Below are positions 17,742 through 27,162 of a DNA stretch of 56,216 nucleotides, piece after piece (positions within the stretch are counted from its first letter, which is position 1; each line of letters opens with the position of its first letter). A program made the position numbers and the translations under genes. The DNA is taken from assembly GCA_051959955.1 (NCBI GenBank), contig JBQCEU010000021.1, positions 1 to 56,216 on the forward strand, in the 5' to 3' direction. Origin of the DNA: Terriglobales bacterium (GTDB taxonomy: Bacteria; Acidobacteriota; Terriglobia; Terriglobales; SCQP01). The notes beneath the pieces were generated by a model. The model did no database searches, had not been told where the DNA came from, and was given only the letters and a program-made list of their open reading frames with translations.

Positions 17742-18623
17742 ATGGAAACCACAAGCTTGCGTTTGAAGACCGGGTTGGCGGAGATGCTCAAAGGCGGGGT
17801 GATCATGGACGTCACCGATGCCGGACAGGCGCGCATCGCCGAGGAGGCGGGGGCGGCGGCGGTGATGGCGCTGGAGCGCGTGCCTTCCGACATCCGCAAG
17901 GAAGGCGGCGTGGCGCGCATGGCCAGCATCCGCAAGATCCGCGAGATCATGCAGTCGGTTTCGATTCCCGTCATGGCCAAATGCCGCATCGGCCACTTCG
18001 TGGAGGCGCAGATCCTGGAAGCGCTGGGCGTGGACTACATTGACGAGAGCGAGGTGCTGACGCCCGCCGACGAGGTGCATCACGTGGACAAGCACGCTTT
18101 CCGGGTGCCCTTCGTGTGCGGCGCGCGCAATCTCGGCGAGGCGCTGCGGCGCATCAGCGAGGGGGCGGCGATGATTCGCACCAAGGGGGAAGCCGGGACC
18201 GGCGACGTGGTGCACGCGGTGCGCCACATGCGGACCATCGTTCTGGAGATGAAGCAGTTGACGGTGATGAGCGAAGCCGAGCTGTATGCGCGCGCCAAGG
18301 AACTGGCCGCCCCGGTGGAGCTGGTGCGCCTGGTGGCGGCCGCGGGCAAGTTGCCGGTCCCCAACTTCTCCGCCGGCGGCATTGCCACCCCGGCCGATGC
18401 GGCGCTGGTGATGCAGTTGGGGGCGGAGTCGGTGTTTGTGGGCTCGGGAATCTTCAAGTCCGAGGACCCCGCCGCCCGCGCCCGCGCCATCGTGCAGGCC
18501 GCCACCCATTTCCGCGATCCCAAGGTGCTGTTGCAGGTCTCCGAGGAACTGGGCGAGGCCATGCGCGGGATCAATGCCGCCGCCATCCCCGCCGAAGAGC
18601 AGTTGCAAACGCGGGGGTGGTAG
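17742..18623 (+). CDS. pdxS: pyridoxal 5'-phosphate synthase lyase subunit PdxS
   Basis: 293 aa. [34 protein letters not shown], and near full-length PdxS likeness. Confidence 0.97.
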   Translation: METTSLRLKTGLAEMLKGGVIMDVTDAGQARIAEEAGAAAVMALERVPSDIRKEGGVARMASIRKIREIMQSVSIPVMAKCRIGHFVEAQILEALGVDYIDESEVLTPADEVHHVDKHAFRVPFVCGARNLGEALRRISEGAAMIRTKGEAGTGDVVHAVRHMRTIVLEMKQLTVMSEAELYARAKELAAPVELVRLVAAAGKLPVPNFSAGGIATPADAALVMQLGAESVFVGSGIFKSEDPAARARAIVQAATHFRDPKVLLQVSEELGEAMRGINAAAIPAEEQLQTRGW

Positions 18624-18634
18624 GCCCAGCCGCC

Positions 18635-19219
18635 ATGAAGATCGGCGTCCTCGCCCTGCAGGGCGATTTCGAAGCCCACGCCGCCGCCTTGACTGCTTTG
18701 GGCGGCGAGGTCCGGCTGGTGCGCAGCACGGCGGAGCTGGAAGGGCTGCAGGGACTGGTACTGCCCGGCGGCGAGAGCACCACCATGCTCACCTTGCTGA
18801 CGCAGGAGGGTCTGGCCGGGCCGCTGCGGCAGTTCGCCCAACGGTCCCCGGTGCTGGCCACGTGCGCGGGAGCCATTCTGCTGGCCCGGCGCGTGCGGCA
18901 ACCCGAGCAGGCGTCGCTGGGACTGCTGGATGTGACCGTCGTTCGCAACGCCTATGGGCGGCAGTTGGAGAGCTCGATTCGCAGAGTGCGCGTCGAGCCC
19001 GGGTTCCAGGCGGAGTTGGGCGCGGCGGAATTGGAGGCGGTGTTGATCCGCGCGCCCCAGTTGACGGAGTTGGGGCCGGCCGTGGAGGTGGTGGCCGAGG
19101 ATGCCGGACAGCCGGTGCTGGTGCGCGAGCACAACCTGATCGCCGCCACGTTTCATCCGGAACTGAGCGGCGAGCCCCACGTGCACCGCTGGTTTCTCAA
19201 CCTGTTACAATCCGCGTAA
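18635..19219 (+). CDS. pdxT: pyridoxal 5'-phosphate synthase glutaminase subunit PdxT
   Basis: 194 aa. GVLALQGDFEAH, LVLPGGESTT, catalytic C in ATCAG, and FHPEL. Confidence 0.95.
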   Translation: MKIGVLALQGDFEAHAAALTALGGEVRLVRSTAELEGLQGLVLPGGESTTMLTLLTQEGLAGPLRQFAQRSPVLATCAGAILLARRVRQPEQASLGLLDVTVVRNAYGRQLESSIRRVRVEPGFQAELGAAELEAVLIRAPQLTELGPAVEVVAEDAGQPVLVREHNLIAATFHPELSGEPHVHRWFLNLLQSA

Positions 19220-20493
19220 TGCCGCTCTCGCGCCCACACCGCGTGCTGGCGGTCGTTCTCGCCGGAGGCCGCGGGGAGCGGCTGCAGCCGTTGACCCGCC
19301 ACCGTTCCAAGCCGGCGGTGCCGTTTGGCGGGCGCTATCGGATCGTGGATTTTGTCCTCAGCAATCTGGTCAATTCCGGCATCAGCGCCATTTATATCCT
19401 GACGCAATACAAGGCGCAGTCGCTGATCAGCCATATTCAGCGCGCCTGGTGGTTCGTGGGCGGCGGGCTGGACAGTTTCGCCACCGTGGTGCCGGCGCAG
19501 ATGCAGTTGGGGGATGCCTGGTATCGCGGCACCGCGGATGCCATTTACCAGAATCAGAACCTGATCGAGGAGTACGGCGCCGATGCGGTCGCGGTATTTG
19601 GCGCCGATCACATCTATAAGATGAACATCGGCCAGATGGTGGATTACCACTTCGAGCATGGAGCCGAGGCCACCGTAGCTTGCATGCCCTTGCCGGTCGT
19701 CGAATCCGCACAGGTGGGGGTGGCGGATTGCGATGCCAACGGACGCATCCGCGCCTTCGTCGAGAAGCCGGCACCGGAGCAGGCGCCGCGCATGTCCGAG
19801 AGGCCGGAACACGTTTGGGCCTCGATGGGAAACTATATCTTCAATACCCGGGTGCTGATCCAGGTGCTGCACGAGGACGCCCGGCAGCCGGGCGAGCATG
19901 ACTTCGGGCGTTCGATACTGCCCGCCATGGCGGCCACGCGGAAAGTCATGGCCTATGATTTCCACAGCAATCGGCTGCCGGTTTACCACGGATTCGGGTT
20001 GGAGCGGCCTTACTGGCGCGACGTGGGAACCATCCCCGCTTATTTCGAAGCCAACATGGACCTGCGCAGTGTCACCCCGGAACTGAATCTTTTCAACTGG
20101 TCATGGCCGATCATGAGCGCCAACTTCAACCAGCCGCCGGCCAAGTTTGTTTTTGATGACGACAACCGGCGCGGCATGGCGCTGCAATCGCTGATTTCCG
20201 GCGGCTGCATCCTGGCGGGCGGCTTCGTGAAGGATTCGGTGCTGGGGCACAACGTCGTGGTTGATGAACGCGCCGCAGTGACGGAGTCGGTGATCATGGA
20301 CAATGTGGTGATCGGCCGCGGAGCCAGGCTGCATCGCGCCATCGTGGACAAAAACGCCCACATTGCTCCCGGCGCTTCCGTGGGATTCGATCGCGAAGCG
20401 GACCGGGCCCGGGGCTACCACTGCGACGAGAGCGGCATCACGGTGGTGCCGAAGGAGCCGGAATCGCCTGAAAGCCGCGTGCGCTACCGCTGA
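19219..20493 (+). CDS. glgC: glucose-1-phosphate adenylyltransferase
   Basis: LAGGRGERLQPLTRHRSKPAVPFGGRYRIVDFVLSN, plus a C-terminal left-handed beta-helix region. 1-nt overlap (TAATG) with pdxT. Confidence 0.95.
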   Translation: MPLSRPHRVLAVVLAGGRGERLQPLTRHRSKPAVPFGGRYRIVDFVLSNLVNSGISAIYILTQYKAQSLISHIQRAWWFVGGGLDSFATVVPAQMQLGDAWYRGTADAIYQNQNLIEEYGADAVAVFGADHIYKMNIGQMVDYHFEHGAEATVACMPLPVVESAQVGVADCDANGRIRAFVEKPAPEQAPRMSERPEHVWASMGNYIFNTRVLIQVLHEDARQPGEHDFGRSILPAMAATRKVMAYDFHSNRLPVYHGFGLERPYWRDVGTIPAYFEANMDLRSVTPELNLFNWSWPIMSANFNQPPAKFVFDDDNRRGMALQSLISGGCILAGGFVKDSVLGHNVVVDERAAVTESVIMDNVVIGRGARLHRAIVDKNAHIAPGASVGFDREADRARGYHCDESGITVVPKEPESPESRVRYR

Positions 20494-20984
20494 GCGGGTA
20501 ACAGCGAGCGGATGTAGGACACCATGGTGGGCGAGTTCCAGTCCGCCACGCTGACCAGCTTGCGGTCGAGGCGTCCGTCAGGACCGATGATGTAGGTTTC
20601 GGGGATGAGCTGGGTCCCATAGCGGTGCATGAGATCCTGGCTGGGGTCGAGGGCGGTCGAGAAGCGGATGTGGTAGCGGCTCAAGAACGTCTGGTAGGCG
20701 ACCGGATCCTGGTCAATCGAAACCCCGAGCACCACCGCCTGGCCTCCGGGGAACTTTCCGGCCAAGGCATTGAGGGCCGGCGTTTCCTGTACACAGGGCA
20801 CACAGTAGCTGGCCCAGAAGTTCAGGATCAGCACGTGCCCGCGATAGCTGGCCAGCGATACCGAGCGTCCGTCGAGCAGGCGCAAGTGGAAGTCGGGGGC
20901 GGGGCGGCCGGGCGCGGCGCGATGCGAACAGCCCGTCCAGAGGAAGGCCGCGAGCAGGATGCCCAGTGTGCTGAAGCGCCGCAC
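20484..20984 (-). CDS. TlpA-like thiol-disulfide oxidoreductase (redoxin), probable lipoprotein
   Basis: GTG start. Signal peptide ending LWTGC. Thioredoxin-fold motif FWASYCVPC (CxxC). Confidence 0.8.
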   Translation of the reverse strand: MRRFSTLGILLAAFLWTGCSHRAAPGRPAPDFHLRLLDGRSVSLASYRGHVLILNFWASYCVPCVQETPALNALAGKFPGGQAVVLGVSIDQDPVAYQTFLSRYHIRFSTALDPSQDLMHRYGTQLIPETYIIGPDGRLDRKLVSVADWNSPTMVSYIRSLLPAQR

Positions 20985-21005
20985 GTCCCAGAATACAATA
21001 GCTGT

Positions 21006-21581
21006 ATGGCTACCGATTTGGCCGTCTCCAGCAGCCAGGACTTGGTTCGCTCCCTGTTGACCCGGTTGGGCGAGGATCCCGAGCGTGAAGGCCTTGTCAA
21101 TACGCCCGAACGCTACCTCCAGGCGATGGGCTATCTCACCAGCGGGTACCAATGCGACTTGCAGACGCTGTTGACCAGCGCGCTGTTCACCGTGGATTAC
21201 GACGAAATGGTGATCGTGCGCGATATTGAGGTTTATAGCCTGTGTGAGCATCATCTGTTGCCGTTCTTTGGCCGTTGTCACGTGGCCTACCTTCCCAAGG
21301 GCAAGGTGTTGGGTTTGAGCAAAATCCCACGCCTGGTTGATGCCTTCGCCCGGCGTCTACAGGTACAGGAGCGGCTCACCACCCAGATTGCCCAAACCAT
21401 TCAGGAGTGGATCAAGCCGGAAGGCGTGGGCGTCGTGGTGGAGGCACAGCATTTGTGCATGATGATGCGCGGGGTGGAAAAGCAGAATTCTTCGGCGGTG
21501 ACCAGCCACATGCTGGGCACCTTCCGCACTTGTGCTGAAACCCGCGGAGAATTCCTGTCGTTGATCCGGCGTCGTTCCTAA
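21006..21581 (+). CDS. folE: GTP cyclohydrolase I
   Basis: 191 aa. NTPERY, the signature [12 protein letters not shown], and HLCMMMRGV. Confidence 0.95.
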   Translation: MATDLAVSSSQDLVRSLLTRLGEDPEREGLVNTPERYLQAMGYLTSGYQCDLQTLLTSALFTVDYDEMVIVRDIEVYSLCEHHLLPFFGRCHVAYLPKGKVLGLSKIPRLVDAFARRLQVQERLTTQIAQTIQEWIKPEGVGVVVEAQHLCMMMRGVEKQNSSAVTSHMLGTFRTCAETRGEFLSLIRRRS

Positions 21582-21610
21582 AACAGGAAAAGGAGCCCCC
21601 CACTTGGGGA

Positions 21611-24600
21611 GTGGCGGGCGCCCCTTTGCTTTCCCATTCTGGACGGGTGCAACTACGCCTCTGGGTTCCAGGCTGTTTGCTGGCTTTCTCGTTGGCCGCT
21701 ATGGCACAGGCGCCAGTGTGGGACCATGCCGGCCCCGCGCGACTGGTTGGCGGGCCCATCGAAGCCCTGGTGGAGGCCAGTCCCACCAGCCCTGGCATGC
21801 TGCTGGCCAGCGGCGCGGGCGGAGTGTGGCAGTCTGCTGGTTCGGGGTGGAACGCACTGAGCGATGGCGCTCCAGTCAGTGCGCTGGCGGTGGCCGGAAG
21901 CGGTGCCATCTATGCCGGCACGGGTGACCTGCATGGAGCCCGTCTGCGCGGAGGTACGGGCGTGCAGTTCAGTCAGGATGGCGGCGCCACTTGGACCGTG
22001 TTGGGAGGTTCCGCCCTGACGGGTCTGGCGGTCAGCCAGGTGCTGGTAAACCCCGGCAATCCGCAGCAGGTGTGGGCGGCGACGGTGACCACCGAAGATG
22101 CTTCGGCGGCGGCACAGCCTGGCGTCTACGAGTCCGCGGACGGTGGCGAAAGCTGGACTCTGGCGCTTCCGGGGCCGGTATGGGATCTGGCGTTGGCGGG
22201 AAACCGCCTGCTGGCAGTGGGGAGCAGCGCGCTGTCCCTGGCGACCAGTGGCGGGCCCTTCGCGCCGCTTGCGCTTCCATCGCAGCCCGCCTCCTGGGTT
22301 CGCGCTCGCGCGGTGGCGCAGCCGGGCGGCGGTTTTCTCGTGGCTGTGGCGCTGCCGAGCGGGGTCGTAAGCTTGTGGCAAGTTGATGGCGGCGGACTAA
22401 TTCATGCCTTGCCGTCGCCCCCCGTCATGGCCGGCCGCCGGGCGCTGGCCCTGGCGGAAGCGCCGTCGGGTGACATCTGGGTGGGCGGCCAGGGCGTGGC
22501 GCTGTCGGCGGACGCGGGCCAAAGCTGGCAGATGATCACGGTTCCGGACAGTGCAACGCAGGTGCTGGTTCCGAACAGCGACGGCACGGCGTGGGTGGGA
22601 AATGATCACGGAGTATGGCGCGTGGGACCGGCCATGGCGCCAGCCAGTTTCAACGCCGGCCTGGACAACGCCTCGTTGCTGGCGGCGACTTCCTCCTCCG
22701 AGGGCATGCTGGCGGCGGTGGATGGCGGTGGGATATGGGGCCTGGCGGCGGCAGGGGCGGGCGAATACGAGGCGCTGGCGGCATCAGGGGGAGAAATCTG
22801 TGGGCTGCTGGCGGGCAGCGGGACGCTGACCTGCCCGATGGCCGGCGGCGCTGGCGCACCCTTGCCCCCCAGTGGCTCCTATGCCAGTCTGGCGGGCGAC
22901 AGTGCGGGCTTCTGGCTGGGAACCGGCGACGGCCAGGTGGTGGACCCCGCGGGTGTTGCTCACAGCATGGGGCAAGGGCCCATCCGTGCTCTGGCCGTTG
23001 CTGCCCCGGAGGTGTGGGCGGCCCTGGGAGCGCAGCTCTTCCACAGTTCCGACGGCGGCCTCACGTGGCAAGCGAATCTCGGCACATCCGCCCCGGTGGC
23101 GGCGATTGCCGTGGATCCACAAGACGCAAGCCTCATCGCCGTGGCCGACGGCGCCAGCGTGGAGGCCAGCGCGGATGACGGCATGACCTGGCATCGGGTG
23201 GCGGACGGCTTGACGCAGGCGCCGGTTACCGCGCTGGTGTTTGCCCCGGATCAGCAGCTTTGGGCGGCTACGCTGGGCCGGGGCTGGTGGAACGCTGATT
23301 TTTTACACGCCACCGAGCAGGTCAACCTTGCCTCCAGCGCCAGCACGGTGACGGCCGGCACTTCGGTCACGATCACGGCCACCGTGACCGCGTTCGGAGG
23401 GCCGGTAGCCGCGGGCGGGGTTCAGTTCACCGCCGAGGCGAGCCTCACCAGTTCCTGGACACAGAGTGGGAACACGGTGACGTTCACGCCGCAGCGGGCG
23501 GGGAACGTGAGCGTGGAGGCAAGCTACGGGACGGCCATGGCGACGCTGACGCTGCCGGTGGCGGCGGCCGCGCCGGCGCAGGTGCAGGTGCTGGCCGGCC
23601 AGAACCAGCAGCAAGCCGCCGGCACGGTGTTGCGCCAGCCCATGGTGATCGGGGTCAGCGATGGTTTTGGCAATCCGGTCGCCGGGGTGACGGTAGCCCT
23701 CGCGGGCGGGGTGTTCAGCGACGCCGCGCCGGTGACGGGCGCGGACGGAACGGTGAGCGTGAGTCTGCGCCTGCCTGACACCGCCACGGCGGTGACGCTC
23801 ACCGCGACGGCGGCCGGTCTGGCGCCCGTCAACTGGCAGGAGACGGCTTTGCCGCCGCCCGACTACAGCCTTGTGCTAAGCCCTCCGGCGGCAGCGGTCG
23901 CACCCGGGGCCGCGGGTACACTGAACGTCGTGATGGTTCCCACGGAAGGCTTTGCCTCGACCGTGGTGCTGCATTGCCTTCAACCCGCCACCGGTTGCAG
24001 CATCACTCCGGCCTCGCTGGCGCCGGGTCAGACGGCAGCGGTCATCGTATATCCAACCGGCAATCAGCCGCAGCAGACCGTGGTGGTAGCCGCCGACGGC
24101 CTGCACCAGGCGAGTGCCGACCTGCCGCTGCAGGCTTTCACCCTCAGCCCGGCCTCGCTGAGCCTCACGGTCAACGCCGGGCAGAGCAGCGCGCCGGCAG
24201 TTCTCCAGTTGAGTTCCATTCATGGCCTGAGCGGGCCCGTGGGTCTCGCGATCGCGGGGTTGCCGGCCGATCTGGCGGCCGTATTCCAGCCCGCAAGCCT
24301 GGCTTTGCCGCCCGGCGGCACCGGCGCCACGGTGCAGGTGTCCCTGCTGGCGGCCGGAGGCAGCCGCGGGTTGCCGGCAGGGATCCTATGGCTGCTCGGG
24401 CTCGGCGCCGCCTGTCTGCGGCTCAGGCCGCGGCGCCGCCGCTGGTTGGGGGTGCTGGCGGCGTCGTGGCTGGCTGCCGGCTGTGGCGGGGGCGCACCGC
24501 CAGCGCCGCCGGCCACGTCCGCGGCTCCCATCGTCACCAGTTACAATGTGCAAGTGACTGCTACAATCAGCGGCCTCAGTGCTGCTGTGCCACTAAGGAT

Positions 24601-24619
24601 AAATGTAATTTCGCACTAG
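21611..24619 (+). CDS. giant secreted BNR/Asp-box propeller plus bacterial Ig-like (Big_1-type) repeat protein with unusual C-terminus
   Basis: Signal peptide. Asp-boxes SQDGGATW, SADGGESW, SADAGQSW, SSDGGLTW, SADDGMTW. Ig-like repeats (VTAGTSVTITATV.., GVSDGFGNPVAGVTV..). C-terminal TM segment plus an Arg cluster, followed by a lipobox. Confidence 0.85.
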   Translation: MAGAPLLSHSGRVQLRLWVPGCLLAFSLAAMAQAPVWDHAGPARLVGGPIEALVEASPTSPGMLLASGAGGVWQSAGSGWNALSDGAPVSALAVAGSGAIYAGTGDLHGARLRGGTGVQFSQDGGATWTVLGGSALTGLAVSQVLVNPGNPQQVWAATVTTEDASAAAQPGVYESADGGESWTLALPGPVWDLALAGNRLLAVGSSALSLATSGGPFAPLALPSQPASWVRARAVAQPGGGFLVAVALPSGVVSLWQVDGGGLIHALPSPPVMAGRRALALAEAPSGDIWVGGQGVALSADAGQSWQMITVPDSATQVLVPNSDGTAWVGNDHGVWRVGPAMAPASFNAGLDNASLLAATSSSEGMLAAVDGGGIWGLAAAGAGEYEALAASGGEICGLLAGSGTLTCPMAGGAGAPLPPSGSYASLAGDSAGFWLGTGDGQVVDPAGVAHSMGQGPIRALAVAAPEVWAALGAQLFHSSDGGLTWQANLGTSAPVAAIAVDPQDASLIAVADGASVEASADDGMTWHRVADGLTQAPVTALVFAPDQQLWAATLGRGWWNADFLHATEQVNLASSASTVTAGTSVTITATVTAFGGPVAAGGVQFTAEASLTSSWTQSGNTVTFTPQRAGNVSVEASYGTAMATLTLPVAAAAPAQVQVLAGQNQQQAAGTVLRQPMVIGVSDGFGNPVAGVTVALAGGVFSDAAPVTGADGTVSVSLRLPDTATAVTLTATAAGLAPVNWQETALPPPDYSLVLSPPAAAVAPGAAGTLNVVMVPTEGFASTVVLHCLQPATGCSITPASLAPGQTAAVIVYPTGNQPQQTVVVAADGLHQASADLPLQAFTLSPASLSLTVNAGQSSAPAVLQLSSIHGLSGPVGLAIAGLPADLAAVFQPASLALPPGGTGATVQVSLLAAGGSRGLPAGILWLLGLGAACLRLRPRRRRWLGVLAASWLAAGCGGGAPPAPPATSAAPIVTSYNVQVTATISGLSAAVPLRINVISH

Positions 24620-24723
24620 CCATTGGGGGAAGCCGATACAGGGGACTCAGGTATGGCGCTTTTCCGCGGGGCGGTAATCAGGTAAACTCACGGCCAGCAA
24701 AAATGTGGTCCGCAGGCGAAGCA

Positions 24724-27126
24724 ATGGCGCGGGGACTGGGTTGGGCGCTGCGGCGCCTGCGACGGCGCTGGGCGGTGATGCTGCTGGCGGTGGTGACGCT
24801 GGGGCTGGCGATGGGGGCCAACACCGCCATGTACAGCGTCTTCAATCAGTTGGTGGTCAATCCGCTGCCTTTCGATCACTCCCGCCAGTTGGTGTGGCTG
24901 CAGCCCGCCAGCCTGCGCAGCGGCGCGGCCAAGGGAGCCGGCTTCTCCATCCCGGACTTTCTCGATCTGCGCGCCCAGGCGCACACCCTGCAGCCCCTGG
25001 TGGCCTACTACTCCAACGTGGCCACGCTGGTCGGCGCGGGGACGCCGCAGCATGTGGACTACGCCATCGTTTCCGGAGATTTTTTTGCCGCCCTGCGCGC
25101 CCCGGCGGAACTGGGGCGAACCTTCAGCCGCGAGGATGAGGGTCCGAGCCTGCCGCAAGTGGCCATCCTGAGCGACGGGCTGTGGCGCTCCCGTTTCGCG
25201 GCGGATGCCAGCGTGTTGGGGCGCAGCCTCGATCTCGACAACCGCATGCTCACCATCGTGGGGGTGATGCCGGCCGGCTTCAGCTTTCCACGCGGGGCGC
25301 AATTATGGCTGCCCAAACCGCTGGCCAGCGATCCCATACAGCAACGCGGCTGGCGCTTTCTGAATGCCTTCGCGCGCCTGGGACCGGGGCAGTCACTCGG
25401 CTCCGCCCAGCAGGAACTGAATGCGGTGTCGCGCCGCCTCGCCCGAACTTACCCCTCATCCAACAGCGATCAAGGGGTGAAATTGGAACCGCTGGGCGCC
25501 TGGGTGGCGGGCCCGGTGGCCGCCACCGGGGAAGTGATGATGATCGGCGCCCTGCTGGTGCTCTGCCTGGCGTGCGTGAATGTGGGCAACCTGCTGTTGG
25601 CCGAGTCGGTGGGGCGGCGGCGCGAAATGGCACTGCAGACCAGCCTGGGCGCCAGCCGCCGGCATTTGCTGGGACAGTTGCTCACCGAAGGCTTGCTGCT
25701 GGCCGGCCTGGCAGCGGGGTTGGGGTGGGGACTGGCGGCCCTGGCGGTTCCCGCGGTGCGTCGCGTCCATCCCGCCACTCTCCCGCAACTGGCTGATGTT
25801 CGGCTGAACGGCTGGGTGCTGGGATTCTGCGCCCTGGTGACGTTGGCCACCGCGGTCTGGTTCGCCCTGGCGCCGGGATGGGAACTGCTGCGGCCCGCCT
25901 CCATGCAGCGGCTGCACCGGAGTTCGGGACCGTTGCCGGTGCGCTCCCGTCTGCCGCATGGCCTGGTCATGGCCGAGGTGGCCACCACGGTGGTCTTGCT
26001 CATCGCGGCGGGCTTGTTCTGGCAAAGCCTGCGCCGGCTGCAGCAGACCAGCCCGGGCTACCGCACCAGTCATGTGCTCACCTTGCGGGTGTCGCTGCTC
26101 TACAACAGCACGGCGGAGCTGGAAGCCGGCATTCCCTATTTCGAGCGCTTCAACCAGCGCTTGCAGGCCCTGCCGGGAGTGCGGGCCGCCGGGTTGGTTT
26201 CCGAACTTCCCTATGCTCCGCCCCAACAGCGGGCCGCGGTGGCGGTGGCGGGGGATGCGGCCACGCTGGCGCTGACCGACGACGAACGGCCGCAGGCGGG
26301 CGTGATCGCAGTGCTGCCCGGCTATTTCCGTGCCGCCGGGATTCACGTTCGCGGCCGGGTGTTCGAAGACAGCGACAATCAGCCGGGCGCGGCAGGCGTC
26401 GTGATCGTGAGTGCCAGCCTGGCACAGCGGTTGTTCCACGGCAGGGAGGCACTGCAACAGTCGGTCCTGCTGGGCCGCGGTCGTCCGCCGCTGCGCGTCG
26501 TCGGCATTGCCGACGATATCGCCGAGCGCGGACCGGGCACGCCGCCGGCGCATGACATCTACCTGCCGCTCGAACAGTCTCATCGCGGAGAGATGAGCGC
26601 CGCGGTCTGGAGCGAGGGAGACGCGGAGACTTTGTTGCCGGCCATTCGGCGCATCTCAGCCGCACTCAACCCGCAGGTGCCCATCTATGAGGTCAGCACT
26701 CTCGGCCAGCGCTGGAGCGACGCCACTTTGGCCGATCGCTACCGCACCCGCCTGCTCATGGTGCTGGCCGTGCTGGCGCTGTGTCTGGCGACCGCGGGAT
26801 TGTATGGCGTTCTGGCCCACAATGTGGCCCAGCGGCGACAGGAGATTGGAATCCGCATGGCGCTGGGCGCCAGTGAACAGCAGGTCTGGGGCAAGGTGGT
26901 GGGGCAATCGCTGCGGCTGATACTGGCGGGAACGGGGGCGGGGCTGGTGGCTGCCTGGTGGATGCGGAGCAGCCTGCAGCACCTGTTGCAGGTCGCCGGA
27001 GCGGGCGAAGCCTGGATGTGGCTGGGCGTCCCGCTGCTGGTCTTCACCACCGGCTTGCTGGCGGCCGCCATTCCGGCGCGCCGTGCCGCCCGCGTGGATC
27101 CGGTCACCACCCTGCGTTGCGATTGA
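24724..27126 (+). CDS. ADOP-family duplicated MacB/FtsX-like ABC permease (no cognate ATPase adjacent)
   Basis: About 800 aa. Two MacB-periplasmic-core plus FtsX halves, IGIRMALGA, and the typical C-terminal RRAARVDPVTTLR. The track ORF from 23974 overlaps the previous gene and was trimmed. Confidence 0.9.
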   Translation: MARGLGWALRRLRRRWAVMLLAVVTLGLAMGANTAMYSVFNQLVVNPLPFDHSRQLVWLQPASLRSGAAKGAGFSIPDFLDLRAQAHTLQPLVAYYSNVATLVGAGTPQHVDYAIVSGDFFAALRAPAELGRTFSREDEGPSLPQVAILSDGLWRSRFAADASVLGRSLDLDNRMLTIVGVMPAGFSFPRGAQLWLPKPLASDPIQQRGWRFLNAFARLGPGQSLGSAQQELNAVSRRLARTYPSSNSDQGVKLEPLGAWVAGPVAATGEVMMIGALLVLCLACVNVGNLLLAESVGRRREMALQTSLGASRRHLLGQLLTEGLLLAGLAAGLGWGLAALAVPAVRRVHPATLPQLADVRLNGWVLGFCALVTLATAVWFALAPGWELLRPASMQRLHRSSGPLPVRSRLPHGLVMAEVATTVVLLIAAGLFWQSLRRLQQTSPGYRTSHVLTLRVSLLYNSTAELEAGIPYFERFNQRLQALPGVRAAGLVSELPYAPPQQRAAVAVAGDAATLALTDDERPQAGVIAVLPGYFRAAGIHVRGRVFEDSDNQPGAAGVVIVSASLAQRLFHGREALQQSVLLGRGRPPLRVVGIADDIAERGPGTPPAHDIYLPLEQSHRGEMSAAVWSEGDAETLLPAIRRISAALNPQVPIYEVSTLGQRWSDATLADRYRTRLLMVLAVLALCLATAGLYGVLAHNVAQRRQEIGIRMALGASEQQVWGKVVGQSLRLILAGTGAGLVAAWWMRSSLQHLLQVAGAGEAWMWLGVPLLVFTTGLLAAAIPARRAARVDPVTTLRCD

Positions 27127-27162
27127 CCCGCCGGGCCCGGCCGCCAGCCGGGGAGCGCCTCC

